Source: Spirulina sp. (GTDB lineage Bacteria > Cyanobacteriota > Cyanobacteriia > Phormidesmidales > Phormidesmidaceae). From it: 64,000 nt of DNA. Location: assembly GCA_044070495.1 (NCBI GenBank), contig JBIPSI010000004.1, positions 1 to 64,000 on the forward strand. The letters run 5' to 3'. The translations under genes were made by a program, and so were the position numbers. The notes beneath the pieces are model-generated. The model saw only the letters and a list, made by a program, of their open reading frames with translations. It was not told where the DNA came from and did no database searches. The first letter of the stretch is position 1. Each line of letters starts with the position of its first letter. Of the stretch, positions 7,590-17,733 are shown piece after piece.

Positions 7590-9341
7590 CTACTCAAAAA
7601 CGACGGCGGCTTGCTGTTCCTTCAGTTGTTTTTGTTCTCGTTTGGTCAGGGGGCGCTGGGCTTCGTCGAGCTGGTGCTGGAGTCGTTCGCGACGGTCGAT
7701 CTCGGGCAGCTTGAGCACAATGCCCGCCGCCAGCCAGTAGTAGACGTTCACCGGATCCACATCCAGGGGATAGTAGTAGGGAAAAATACTAATAAACAGC
7801 ACAAACACCCACATGGCGGCTCCATAGCCCTTGAGGTTGGGATCTTGGATAGATCGGTAGGCCTTGAAGGTGGCGGCGGTAAGGCTGAGGTACACCGCGA
7901 GGGTGGCTAGCAGCCCTAGCGGGCCAATTTCGTAGAGCAATTTGGGGTGGTAGGTTTCCACTAGTTCCGTTTGGCCAAAGATGCGGGCGGCGTTGGTGGC
8001 GCGGCCTACCCCTCGGCCTAAAATGCCCTGCTGCTGCCGTTGCGCCCACTGAAATTGCTGAATGATGAACTCCTGGGGTGGGGAGGCGGCCCAGCGGCTT
8101 TGGAAGCTGGCGAGGCGTTCGTTGACCACCTCAGGGTTTTGGAACATAAAGATGCCCACCAACAGCACCAGACCCAGCCCCACGGGCAGAAAGCGCTTGA
8201 GGTTGGCCACCTGCCCTGTCAGGATCAGCAGCCCTACAATCGTGGTGGGCACCAGGGCCAAGGCAATCCGCTGGCCCGAAACCACCGCCATCACCCCCAC
8301 CGCCGCCAGGGTTACCAAACCCACAATGCGCCAGAGGAGGGATCGGTCGCTGAAGGCGGTGCCAAAGGCAAAGAAACTGCTGGAAATGAGAAACCAGCCC
8401 CACTGCCAAGGGGCATTAAAGGTACCCGGCAGCCGAATCTGCCCCTGGGATGGGGAATACAGCAGGGAACCACCCACAAAACAGCGGGCCTCTAGGGACG
8501 CCTTAAACAGGTCGGCCCCTTCCCCTACGGTGCCCCGGCAAATTCCGGTTTTGAGCATTAAAAACTGGGTGAACCCCAGCAGGCAGCAGATTAAAATCAC
8601 CACCACCTGCGCCCGCAGCAGCACATAGACATCCTGCCGATCCCGCAGCAGGTAGTAAATACAAGGAATTAGCAGCACATAGCCCAGCAGCACCTTCAGC
8701 CCCAAAACGCCCAGCAGGATTGGAATTTCCCCAGAGGCCGAGAGTTGTTGGCTACCGTTGACCACCAGCAGCGTCAGCATACACAGCCCCACCAGGGCGA
8801 TTAGAGGCCCCTTGATGGCGGGAGGAATAATCAAGGGCTGCTGGGTTTTGCGGCAAAACTGCACCACTCCCCACAGGGCCGGAAAGAACAGGGCATCCTT
8901 GGCCAACTGCAAAATGCCGCTGCCGCCCAAGGCATAGATCACCGTGCCGCTGAAGGGGACGTAGAAAATAAAGGCATAAATCGCCTGCCGGGGATAGCGA
9001 TAGGCCATAGCCATCGTAATAATGGCTGCTGGGGCTGCTAATCCCACCTTTGGCCCCGCCACCAACACCGCCAACACGCCGATTACCCCCGCCACCAGCA
9101 GGATCGTAGACAGGTAACGAATCAAGGCTTGGCGTTCCTTTTTAATCTTGCGCTGTCTAGCCCGTTCCTCCCGGCGGGCCTGTTTGGGGTCTAGGGTATC
9201 CGCCGCTAGGGCCGTAGAATTGGCCACCGACCGTTTTTTCCTTGACCGTTTTTGCTTGGATCGTTTGCCCTTGGCACCCTTGGCACCCTTGGTTGAGGAT
9301 GACGGGGATGAACAAGAGGAGGGACGGGTCGCTCTGGCCAT
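7590..9341 (-). CDS. hpsL: Hormogonium polysaccharide biosynthesis protein HpsL (O-antigen ligase/polymerase-like)
   Basis: RLPGTF.APWQW.WFLI, SGQR, ETYHPKLLYEIG and YYPLDVDPV.VYYW motifs; basic N-terminus. Confidence 0.75.
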   Translation of the reverse strand: MARATRPSSCSSPSSSTKGAKGAKGKRSKQKRSRKKRSVANSTALAADTLDPKQARREERARQRKIKKERQALIRYLSTILLVAGVIGVLAVLVAGPKVGLAAPAAIITMAMAYRYPRQAIYAFIFYVPFSGTVIYALGGSGILQLAKDALFFPALWGVVQFCRKTQQPLIIPPAIKGPLIALVGLCMLTLLVVNGSQQLSASGEIPILLGVLGLKVLLGYVLLIPCIYYLLRDRQDVYVLLRAQVVVILICCLLGFTQFLMLKTGICRGTVGEGADLFKASLEARCFVGGSLLYSPSQGQIRLPGTFNAPWQWGWFLISSSFFAFGTAFSDRSLLWRIVGLVTLAAVGVMAVVSGQRIALALVPTTIVGLLILTGQVANLKRFLPVGLGLVLLVGIFMFQNPEVVNERLASFQSRWAASPPQEFIIQQFQWAQRQQQGILGRGVGRATNAARIFGQTELVETYHPKLLYEIGPLGLLATLAVYLSLTAATFKAYRSIQDPNLKGYGAAMWVFVLFISIFPYYYPLDVDPVNVYYWLAAGIVLKLPEIDRRERLQHQLDEAQRPLTKREQKQLKEQQAAVVFE

Positions 9342-9483
9342 AGATCAACGGCGGTGGGGGCCACTCCACTCTAGCGAAATCTACGGAAACCCAAGACTTG
9401 CCCTCAACCCTGCTTGGCGACCGCCATGTTCTGCCCATTGCGGATGATGGCGTTGAACGGGGGATTCTCTGGGCTGCAAGGGT

Positions 9484-10518
9484 CTAAAAATGTTGAAAGC
9501 CCTGGCTAAAGGAGAGGTCTAGGGTGGTAACAGAGTTCTTATCGTCGGAGGTTTGGCCGTTAGCGGAAAGTTGCAGCTTAACCGTGGGTTCAGCCGTGAG
9601 GTAGCCCAGCAGTTTGCCCTCTGGGCCGAGGTGGCCTTGCAGCACTTGGGCCATGGATTCTGGCAGACAGAGCACCAGTTCAAAATCCTCGCCACCGTAG
9701 AGGCACCAGTCACGGGCTTTTTCTAGCCCCACCCAGGCCACCAGGGCCGGATCGATGGGTAACTGATCGGCATTGAGGACAACTCCGACACCGCTAGCTT
9801 GACATAGGTGCAGCACCGCATTGGCGAGGCCGTCACTGGAATCCATGGCGGTGATGGTGATGGGCTTAGCAAAGGCCCGTAGCAAATTCCGCAGGTGGGC
9901 CACCACATCCAGCCGGGGTTTGGGCCGTTGATGGGCCTGAATCCACCGCTGGCGAACCTCGTCATGGAGAAAAGCCCCCTGGTCAGGGGCTAGCAACAGT
10001 TCCAACCCTGCCCGCGAGAGGCCGTGGTAGCCCGTGGCTAAAAGTACCTGTCCGGGCTGGGCGGTGTGACGATAGAACGCCTTGCCCAGTTCCACCGATC
10101 CAAGGGCGGTGATGGCGATGCTGATGGTGTCTGACCGACAGAGATCGCCACCGATGAGTTGTCCGCCCCAGGTTTCCAGGCAAGCGGCCATGCCTTGGTA
10201 GACCCCTTCCACCCAGGCCACGGGGGTCGCGCTGGGTAAACTCAGGGCCACGGTGATCCCCTGGGGCTCGGCCCCCATGGCGGCAAGGTCAGACAAATTC
10301 GCGGCCATGGCCCGCCAGCCCACATCCTCTGGGGCGGTGGTTTGGTCGCTAAAATGCACCCCGTCCACCAGCATGTCCGTCGTCACCACCAGTTGATGTC
10401 CGGGGGGCAGGGCCAGCACCGCCGCATCGTCTCCGACGAGGTCGATGGGGCAGTAGCGAAAGAGCCGCTGGAGCAGGCCCAGTTCGCCGACCTGCCCAAC
10501 GGTGAGGGATTCAGTCAT
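9484..10518 (-). CDS. thiL: Thiamine-monophosphate kinase
   Basis: GDDAA, TTDMLVDGVHF, NLSDLAAMGA, GGD, DSSDGL and GGEDFEL motifs. Confidence 0.95.
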   Translation of the reverse strand: MTESLTVGQVGELGLLQRLFRYCPIDLVGDDAAVLALPPGHQLVVTTDMLVDGVHFSDQTTAPEDVGWRAMAANLSDLAAMGAEPQGITVALSLPSATPVAWVEGVYQGMAACLETWGGQLIGGDLCRSDTISIAITALGSVELGKAFYRHTAQPGQVLLATGYHGLSRAGLELLLAPDQGAFLHDEVRQRWIQAHQRPKPRLDVVAHLRNLLRAFAKPITITAMDSSDGLANAVLHLCQASGVGVVLNADQLPIDPALVAWVGLEKARDWCLYGGEDFELVLCLPESMAQVLQGHLGPEGKLLGYLTAEPTVKLQLSANGQTSDDKNSVTTLDLSFSQGFQHF

Positions 10519-10519
10519 G

Positions 10520-11692
10520 CTAGGTGGGCTGTACCAGGTTTTCGGCCCCGGATACCACACGGGCCGATTCGATGCGGTCGCCTTGGCCCAACTGCTCTAG
10601 CACCTCTTTGTTCTCGACGACGTAGCCAAACACGGCGTAGCGGCCATCCAGCAGGTTGAGACCAGCGGGGGTCAGTTCCGGCTCGAAGAGGAAGAAGAAG
10701 AACTGGGAGGATCCGCCGTTGGGGTCATCGCCGGGACGGGCCATGCCCAGGGTGCCAAAGGCAGAAAAGGGCAGGACGGGATCATCCAAATAGCGGCCCA
10801 GGTCTTCCAGGGTGGTGCCATAGACGGGGGCATCGTCGCCCTTCACCAAAATTTCCAGGGGCACGGCGCGGTAGGCCTTAGTTTTGGGATCGATAAAGCC
10901 TTCCTCTGGCCCAGCGGGGTCGCCCGTTTGCAGCACGTAGTTTTCTTCGGCGCGAATAAATTCCATGCCGTCGTAGAAGCCTCGCTGCACCAAGTCTACA
11001 AAGTTGCCAGCGGTGACGGGGGCGCTATAGCCATCCACCACGGCCCGCATAGAGCCCTTGTTGGTGACAAACTCTATCGTGGCCCGCCCCTTAAGCTGGG
11101 GCAGGTTGTCGTATTCTTCCGGCACCGCAAAGGGGAAATCCGTCACCATCAGTTCTTCAATGCGGCCCACATCGTCGAGCATGGCGGATCGAGTCATCCA
11201 CACCGCTTCTCGATCCTTGAGATCAATAGCTTCCTTGAGGGGTAGAAGCTGGGTCTGGAGATCGTCTAAATAGCTCACTGCCGCCGCCCGCTTGCCGTCG
11301 GGAATCGCCGCCAGGATGGTCTCTCGATCCCGGCCCAGCAGACGCTCTACCTTAGCCACATCCTTGGCCACTGGACCCCAGCGCTTACTGCGCAGCCATT
11401 CCGACAGGCCCTCTAGGGTGCCCTGAATGTCGCGAATTGCCTTGTTTTCAATGGGCAACGAGTTCCGCAATAGCGCCCGTCCATCGGTGATGGCGTTTCC
11501 GGGCGGCAGGTAGGCCACCGTCAGGGTTGCGCCCAGGGTTTCACCCAGAGCCCCGTTCAGACTGAGCGCCTGGGCCTGACTCGGTTGCCCCGCCCACAGG
11601 CCCATCATCACCAACAGCACCCCAAGCACGGAGAGGAGGGTGCGGGAACTATGCTGCCACCAAGGGCGGCTTACCGTCATGCCTTTGGCCAT
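10520..11692 (-). CDS. Thylakoid lumen cyclophilin-type peptidyl-prolyl isomerase (CYP38/TLP40 homolog)
   Basis: Signal peptide, LPPGNAITDGRALLR, helical domain, then cyclophilin motifs APVTAGNFVDLV and SSQFFFFL. Confidence 0.9.
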   Translation of the reverse strand: MAKGMTVSRPWWQHSSRTLLSVLGVLLVMMGLWAGQPSQAQALSLNGALGETLGATLTVAYLPPGNAITDGRALLRNSLPIENKAIRDIQGTLEGLSEWLRSKRWGPVAKDVAKVERLLGRDRETILAAIPDGKRAAAVSYLDDLQTQLLPLKEAIDLKDREAVWMTRSAMLDDVGRIEELMVTDFPFAVPEEYDNLPQLKGRATIEFVTNKGSMRAVVDGYSAPVTAGNFVDLVQRGFYDGMEFIRAEENYVLQTGDPAGPEEGFIDPKTKAYRAVPLEILVKGDDAPVYGTTLEDLGRYLDDPVLPFSAFGTLGMARPGDDPNGGSSQFFFFLFEPELTPAGLNLLDGRYAVFGYVVENKEVLEQLGQGDRIESARVVSGAENLVQPT

Positions 11693-11766
11693 TTTTCTTA
11701 ATTTGCCTGCAATACCAGAACAACAACTGCGTGGGCGAGGTCGCCTCTACAATCTTGTCACACTGT

Positions 11767-11808
11767 TGGATCTTGGCCAAAACCTGGATCTTGACCAAAA
11801 CCTGGATC
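11767..11808. repeat. 18-bp direct repeat TGGATCTTGRCCAAAACC x2.3
   Basis: Copies start at 11767, 11785 and 11803 (partial) in the divergent promoter region. Confidence 0.75.
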
Positions 11809-11887
11809 GTCGTCACAGGGAAAGGGCCACTGGGGGGTAAAATGAGATGCCAAAACAATTATCTATCCGACCACTAGAGCCAGCGTT

Positions 11888-12445
11888 ATGATTTCCAGCA
11901 ATGATTTCCGCCCCGGTACAACCATTGAGCTTGATGGCTCTGTTTGGCGTGTTGTGGAATTTCTGCATGTTAAGCCTGGTAAAGGGTCGGCCTTCGTGCG
12001 TACCAAGCTCAAGAACGTGCAGTCTGGCAACACCGTAGAGCGTACCTTCCGGGCCGGGGAAACCGTGCCCCAGGCGGTGATTGAAAAGAAAGACATGCAG
12101 CACACCTACCGCGACGGTGACGACCTCGTCTTTATGGACATGGAAACCTACGAAGAGGGTCGTCTGACCGCCGACCAAATCGGGGATCGGGTGAAGTATC
12201 TAAAAGAAGAGATGGTCGTCAGCGTAGTGACCTGGAATGGCCAAGTGCTAGAGGTGGAACTGCCCAACTCCATCGTGTTGGAAGTCACCCAGACCGACCC
12301 CGGCGTGAAGGGCGACACGGCCACCGGCGGCACCAAGCCCGCCATCCTCGAAACCGGAGCCCAGGTGATGGTACCGCTGTTTATTTCTATCGGTGAACGC
12401 ATTAAAGTAGACACCCGCACCGATGCTTACCTAGGGCGGGAATAG
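11888..12445 (+). CDS. efp: Translation elongation factor P
   Basis: [17 protein letters not shown] and PGVKGDTA motifs. Confidence 0.98.
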   Translation: MISSNDFRPGTTIELDGSVWRVVEFLHVKPGKGSAFVRTKLKNVQSGNTVERTFRAGETVPQAVIEKKDMQHTYRDGDDLVFMDMETYEEGRLTADQIGDRVKYLKEEMVVSVVTWNGQVLEVELPNSIVLEVTQTDPGVKGDTATGGTKPAILETGAQVMVPLFISIGERIKVDTRTDAYLGRE

Positions 12446-12561
12446 GTCGTCTTGGCCTTAGCCTATCGTTAGGGCCATTCACAAGGGGCATTAACAAAGG
12501 CCGGGTTGCGCCTAAATTGGGAATCGCCGGTATAAAGGCATGATGGAGTGAGGGTTGCTCA

Positions 12562-13062
12562 GTGGAACTAAACGTTAACGAACTAAGAGAGTTGGTCGCC
12601 GCCCTGAGCCAGAGCGACGTGGCCGAATTAACTTTAAAAAGCTCCACCTTCGAGCTGACCCTCCGCAAGCAAGGCGTTGTGGCGGCGAGTGCGCCGACCA
12701 TGGTGGTGGCTGCGGAGTCTGTGGCGGCGGCCCCAGCTAAACCCGTAGAGGCGGCTATCCCCGCCGTTGGGGTCGCCACGTCGACTACGCCCCCAGCTAC
12801 GCCCCCCGGCAAAAATTCTGACCTGTTGACCATCAGTTCGCCCATGGTGGGTACCTTCTACCGTTCCCCCGCCCCCGACGAAGCGCCCTTTGTCAACGTG
12901 GGCGACCGAATTAGCACGGGCCAAACCGTCTGTATCATCGAAGCCATGAAGCTGATGAACGAGCTAGAGGCGGAAGTGTCTGGCGAAATCGTCGAGATTC
13001 TGGTCAACAACGCCGAACCTGTGGAATTTGGCCAAGCCCTGATGCTGGTGCGCCCCAACTAG
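12562..13062 (+). CDS. accB: Acetyl-CoA carboxylase biotin carboxyl carrier protein
   Basis: SPMVGTFY and EAMKLMNE motifs; efp-accB order typical of cyanobacteria; GTG start. Confidence 0.97.
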   Translation: MELNVNELRELVAALSQSDVAELTLKSSTFELTLRKQGVVAASAPTMVVAAESVAAAPAKPVEAAIPAVGVATSTTPPATPPGKNSDLLTISSPMVGTFYRSPAPDEAPFVNVGDRISTGQTVCIIEAMKLMNELEAEVSGEIVEILVNNAEPVEFGQALMLVRPN

Positions 13063-13198
13063 ACCAATCAGCGTTGTGAGATCTAGTCGTGGGTTGTTGG
13101 ATTCCGCTATCGCTGTACCCAACCTCTAGGTCTAGGCTTGCAATATCCACAGGATGCCTTAGGCTCCTCTGTAATGCATCAAAGGCATGTAGAGTCGC

Positions 13199-13963
13199 AT
13201 GATGGATCAAGGGGATCAACTCGTGGATCAATTCGATCAATTAACGGTGGATCAACGGATCATCGTGCCCTTGGACGTTCCCACGGCTGAGGCGGCGTTG
13301 ACGTTGGTAGATAGCCTGCCCCATGTTGGCTTTTGGAAGGTGGGCCTAGAGCTTTTTATCAGCGCTGGGCCAGGTATTCTTCAGGAACTCAAGGCCAGGG
13401 ACAAGCGGATTTTCTTGGATCTCAAACTCCACGATATTCCCAATACCATGGCCGGAGCCTGCGCCGCCGCTACCCGCTACGGGGTAGACATCCTCACCCT
13501 CCATGCCTCAGCCGGGAAAGTAGCCCTCAGGGCCGCCCTCGCCGCCGCTCAAGCGGAAGCCGAAGCGAATCAGATCCCTCTGCCGCTGATTGTGGCGGTA
13601 ACCCTACTCACCAGCATTTCCGCCGAAGCCCTAGCCACGGAATTGCGCGTGCCCCTGAATGTGGGAGACTATGCCCTACAAATGGCGCTACTCACCCAGG
13701 AAGTCGGCCTAGGCGGCGTGGTTTGTTCGCCCCAGGAAGTGACGCAACTGCGCCGCTTTGTGTCGCCAGACTTTGCCCTGGTGTGCCCCGGCGTACGCCC
13801 CACCTGGGCCAGCGCCAACGACCAACAGCGTACCCTCACCCCTGCCCAAGCCCTCCAGGCCGGAGCCACCTACCTGGTCATCGGTCGCCCCATCACCGCC
13901 AGCCCCGACCCCGCCACCGCCTTCCAACGCATCTGCGACGAATGCGCCCAGGCTCTCACCTAG
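13199..13963 (+). CDS. pyrF: Orotidine-5'-phosphate decarboxylase
   Basis: [23 protein letters not shown] and VIGRPIT motifs. Confidence 0.97.
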   Translation: MMDQGDQLVDQFDQLTVDQRIIVPLDVPTAEAALTLVDSLPHVGFWKVGLELFISAGPGILQELKARDKRIFLDLKLHDIPNTMAGACAAATRYGVDILTLHASAGKVALRAALAAAQAEAEANQIPLPLIVAVTLLTSISAEALATELRVPLNVGDYALQMALLTQEVGLGGVVCSPQEVTQLRRFVSPDFALVCPGVRPTWASANDQQRTLTPAQALQAGATYLVIGRPITASPDPATAFQRICDECAQALT

Positions 13964-13974
13964 ATCGCTGGTAT

Positions 13975-14040
13975 AGAAACCCGGTTTCTTGGCTCAACGG
14001 TCAGGCATGGTGAGAGTAGCGACGAAGAAACCGGGTTTTC
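13975..14040. repeat. Inverted pair AGAAACCCGGTTTCT / AGAAACCGGGTTTTC with a 36-nt spacer
   Basis: Directly after the pyrF stop; a second pair lies at 28800-28867. Confidence 0.8.
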
Positions 14041-14087
14041 AGTCGTGCCGTGCCGATTCCCTAGGGTCTCATCTGAAAGGTTGCCCC

Positions 14088-14981
14088 ATGTCAAAAGGCC
14101 GTAGGGTGGGCACTGCCCACCATCCCATCCACAGCCAGCGTCAGAATCATCCCCAATCCCAACCATCTCGATGCTGGGGGGCGGCACTGCTAACCATTCT
14201 GCCCATGGTGATGTTTTGGCCCCGGATTGCCACGGGACAACTGCTCCAAACTTCCGCTGGCGGGATGGGATTAAATTTGGCTGAATCAACGCAGCCCCTT
14301 GATTCAGAGACTTCCCCTAATCTGGAATGGGGTGAGCCTTTGCCAACCGATCCCGAAGATCCGGATCCTGAAACTGCCGATGAATTGGATACGGAGAACC
14401 AGCCTGACGCGGGTTCTCCCCCTGGAAATGAATCGCCGGATCCGGTCTATCTGCGTCCCTCGGAGGCTTGCCCAGCGGAGTATGAAACCCTGGTGACCAC
14501 CCTGCTGAGGGATTTGCCCCAGTACGCCAACTTGGTGGCGGCGCGCAGTTTCCGTCCGCCCATCGTTTCCCCAGCCACGGATACCGAAAACCCAGCTACG
14601 CCAGCCGTTCCGGCCCCGCTGGGAACGATGCTGATTGCCAGCCAGCCAGACTTTGAGCCGATTGATTTGACGGATCGAGCCTTCGGGGCGGGTCTGGATG
14701 CAGAATCCGACCTGCGCCAGGTGTTTTTTACCACCCTGGAGCGACAGTATCTCAGTGATCAGGTGGTGTCGTTGCAGCAGTTTCACTGGCTGTTTTTGGT
14801 GCAAACCGAGGATGGCTGGCGTTCGGTGCTGCTCTATTCCAGTTTAGGGGGCTATCCCGATCCCCAGCGGTTGACGCCACCCCAGGAAAGCAGCCAGGGC
14901 ATTGTGGGGCAGGCGGTGCGGCTGTGGCTGCGGGATTGTCGGGCTGGGGCGGTGTTGCCTCCGGCGTCATCCCACTTGTAA
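14088..14981 (+). CDS. Conserved cyanobacterial hypothetical exported protein
   Basis: Hydrophobic leader, acidic linker, CP....[19 protein letters not shown] and WLRDCRAG motifs; start uncertain, and the N-terminus contains a REP (GTAGGGTGGGCACTGCCCACC at 14101). Confidence 0.7.
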   Translation: MSKGRRVGTAHHPIHSQRQNHPQSQPSRCWGAALLTILPMVMFWPRIATGQLLQTSAGGMGLNLAESTQPLDSETSPNLEWGEPLPTDPEDPDPETADELDTENQPDAGSPPGNESPDPVYLRPSEACPAEYETLVTTLLRDLPQYANLVAARSFRPPIVSPATDTENPATPAVPAPLGTMLIASQPDFEPIDLTDRAFGAGLDAESDLRQVFFTTLERQYLSDQVVSLQQFHWLFLVQTEDGWRSVLLYSSLGGYPDPQRLTPPQESSQGIVGQAVRLWLRDCRAGAVLPPASSHL

Positions 14982-16127
14982 CGCTGGGACTTGGCTTTGG
15001 ACTGGAGCATACAAGGTCTCCCGCTGCTGGGCCGGACGACCGAGGGAGGCGATGGCCCCTTGCAGGTCGGCGACGGTCATGCAGGTGCCGCCCTGGGCTC
15101 CGGCCATGGAGGTAATGTGCTCTTCCATCAGGGTGCCGCCGAGGTCGTTGCAGCCCCAGCGCAGGGCTTCGGTGGCCCCAGAAAGCCCCAACTTCACCCA
15201 ACTGGGCTGGTGGTTGACGATCCAATTTCCCAAATAAATACGGGCTACGGCGGTGAGTTTAAGGGCATCGGCAAGCACGGGTTGATCGCGCCCCACCCGA
15301 CGGCGCAGGGGTTTGGGCGCTTCTTGGCCCACAAAGGGCAGCAGAATAAATTCGCTGATGGCGGCTCCGGTGCCTCGATCTAGGGTCGCTTGCTGTAACT
15401 GGCGAAGCTGGTCTAGGTGATAGATTTGCTGAGCCGGGGTTTCGATGTGGCCCGATAGCAGGGTGCTGGTGGTGGGTAGGCCGATTTGGTGGGCGAGGCC
15501 AACAATCTCTAACCAGGTGGCGCTGTTGATTTTTTCGGGGCACAGCACCCGTCGCACCTCATCATCCAACACCTCCGCCGCTGTTCCGGGCAGTGATCCT
15601 ACCCCCGCCCCTTGCAAAGCTTTTAGGACTTCAACGTAGCTCAACCCATCCTCACGGGCGATGAACTGCACCTCCTGGGGAGAAAAGGCGTGGAGATGAA
15701 GCTGGGGAAACTGGGCTTTAATCGTGTCCACCAGTTTGAGGTAATACCCCAGGGAGGTGCCCTGTACCTTGGCGTAGGGATTGAGGCCACCCTGCATACA
15801 AATTTCCGTTGCGCCCTGGGCCACGGCATCGGCAGCTTTGGCGAGGATGGTATTAAACTCTAGCCAGTAGGAGCCCGATTCGCCCTGATCCCGCCGAAAA
15901 GCACAGAAACTACAGTGTTGCTCGCAGATGTTGGTGTAGTTGATGTTGCGGTTAATCACGTAGGTGACCCTATCGCCCACCTGGCGCTGGCGGAGGGTAT
16001 CCGCAACAGCGCGTAACGCCTCAATATCGGCGGGTTCTTTCGCTTGCAGCAGGGCTACTCCCTCCTCTGGAGTGAGATCAGCTCCGTCTAAAGCCCGGTC
16101 TAGAATGGCTTGAATTCCTGCGCCCAT
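14967..16127 (-). CDS. cofH: FO synthase subunit CofH (radical SAM)
   Basis: [32 protein letters not shown] and [12 protein letters not shown] motifs. Confidence 0.93.
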   Translation of the reverse strand: MGAGIQAILDRALDGADLTPEEGVALLQAKEPADIEALRAVADTLRQRQVGDRVTYVINRNINYTNICEQHCSFCAFRRDQGESGSYWLEFNTILAKAADAVAQGATEICMQGGLNPYAKVQGTSLGYYLKLVDTIKAQFPQLHLHAFSPQEVQFIAREDGLSYVEVLKALQGAGVGSLPGTAAEVLDDEVRRVLCPEKINSATWLEIVGLAHQIGLPTTSTLLSGHIETPAQQIYHLDQLRQLQQATLDRGTGAAISEFILLPFVGQEAPKPLRRRVGRDQPVLADALKLTAVARIYLGNWIVNHQPSWVKLGLSGATEALRWGCNDLGGTLMEEHITSMAGAQGGTCMTVADLQGAIASLGRPAQQRETLYAPVQSQVPALQVG

Positions 16128-16169
16128 GGTATGCCCTCACTCTGCCTCGTCCGTCTCTCACTATAAACG

Positions 16170-16386
16170 CACAGCATGGGTGAACCGATTTTGTCACCGG
16201 AGTCGCTTGCTTGTTGGGGCAGATAATCAAGGACATCTGATGGTGTGGGATGTGGCTTCTGGGGCGTTGCTCGATACGGTTGCCGCCCACAGCCCAGGAA
16301 AAGTTCAGGTGATCGCCGTCGATGATGCGCTACTCAGTGCCGGAGCCGATGGCGGCATTCGTCAGTGGCGTCTTCAGATACCCTAA
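16170..16386 (+). pseudogene. WD40-repeat protein fragment (about 2 blades)
   Basis: TAWVN...GADNQGHLMVWDV...AAH...LLSAGADGGIRQW; too short to form a propeller. Confidence 0.45.
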
Positions 16387-16450
16387 TCCGATTTCCGCCT
16401 GGGGATAAAGGCGGCTCTGTGGCAAGTAAGTTATCAACCTACCATTGTCT

Positions 16451-17320
16451 TTAAATGGTCTCCGGGGGCCATTCCAGCACCCAGGCACCCAGCAGCCCTG
16501 TACGGAAGTCGTTGAGGATGCGTTTGGCGGTGCGTTCTCGGTCATCCTGGAATTTCTGGGTGGCCACTTCGGCCACAAAGCTTTCCCCGGTGTAGGTTTC
16601 CAGGGCCAACCCGTAGCGTTGCTGCAAGGCGGTTTGGTAGTCGTCGGGAAGCTGGCGTTGATCTAGGGTTTTAAGGATTTCTAAAAAGGCGGCGGCGGTG
16701 CGTTGGGTGTCGTAGGCGGCTTCGCCGATGTCGTCGCAGATGGCTAGTTTGAGGGCGGCCCCTTGGTCGTCCAAACGGGCGGGGATGACACCCGGTGCAT
16801 CGAGCAGGTCGAGGTCGCCGGAAACGCGCACCCAGCGGAGTTGTCGGGTGATTCCGGCGCGACGGGCGCTGGCCACCACTTTGCGGTTCAGCAAGCGGTT
16901 AATCAAGGCCGACTTGCCCACATTGGGGAAGCCAATCACCACGGCGCGGATCGGTCTGGGCTTCATGCCCCGTGCCTGACGCCGTTGGTTGACGGCTTCT
17001 CCGGCAGATTGGGCCGCTTTGGTAATGGCTTTGACCCCTTGGCCCTGCTGGGCGTTGGTGAATAGGGGCACTTCGCCCTGTTGTCGAAACCAGGTTTCCC
17101 AGGCGTCTCTGGCCTCAGGGGAAATCATATCCACCCGATTGAGGACGAGCACCCTGGGCTTTTCGCCTACCCAACCGTTGACGCTGGGATGCTGGGTGGC
17201 CAGGGGAATCCGCGCATCCCGCACCTCTAGCACCACATCCACCCGACTGAGCTGATCCACCAGGGCCTTTTCGGCTTTGGCGATGTGTCCGGGATACCAC
17301 TGGATGTCGGGGGTTGTCAT
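16451..17320 (-). CDS. ylqF: Ribosome biogenesis GTPase YlqF/RbgA
   Basis: IQWYPGHIAKA, EVRDARIP, GFPNVGKS and DAPG motifs. Confidence 0.96.
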   Translation of the reverse strand: MTTPDIQWYPGHIAKAEKALVDQLSRVDVVLEVRDARIPLATQHPSVNGWVGEKPRVLVLNRVDMISPEARDAWETWFRQQGEVPLFTNAQQGQGVKAITKAAQSAGEAVNQRRQARGMKPRPIRAVVIGFPNVGKSALINRLLNRKVVASARRAGITRQLRWVRVSGDLDLLDAPGVIPARLDDQGAALKLAICDDIGEAAYDTQRTAAAFLEILKTLDQRQLPDDYQTALQQRYGLALETYTGESFVAEVATQKFQDDRERTAKRILNDFRTGLLGAWVLEWPPETI

Positions 17321-17440
17321 GGGGCTAGGGAAGAGGGAATCGCTGTTGCCACTATGGCATGGGGACAGATCCTTTGGACACTCCTCTGGCTGGGCAGCTA
17401 CGGCTCATACGTATCTTGTTCTCATACCGTCATGTCTGTG

Positions 17441-17650
17441 GGATCCCCCTAAATCCCCCTTGGTAAGGGGGACTTTGAATCCGGTTCCCTCCTTGGTAAG
17501 GGGGACTTTGAATCCGGTTCCCTCCTTGGTAAGGGGGACTTTGAATCCGATTCCCCCCTTGGTAAGGGAGACTTTGAATCCGATTCCCCCCTTGGTAAGG
17601 GAGACTTTGAATCCGATTCCCCCCTTGGTAAGGGGGGCTAGGGGGGATCC
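17441..17650. repeat. Tandem array of six 33-bp-period hairpin units (CCTTGGTAAGG core) with GGATCCCCC/GGGGGATCC ends
   Basis: CCTTGGTAAGG occurs at 17458, 17491, 17524, 17557, 17590 and 17623; no unique spacers. Confidence 0.92.
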
Positions 17651-17733
17651 ACCATAAACACTAAGGGGAATAGAGACCTATGTATAAGCGGTCGGGTTTG
17701 GCAGGAGGCGATACTACAGTCCCGCAGAGGTGC

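Noticed and set aside
17441..17650. CRISPR array
   Set aside because: Units are contiguous near-identical 33-mers with no unique spacers, and no cas genes are present
17277..17657. 126-aa ORF with LVRGTLNP repeats
   Set aside because: Translation of the 33-bp repeat array; no independent coding evidence
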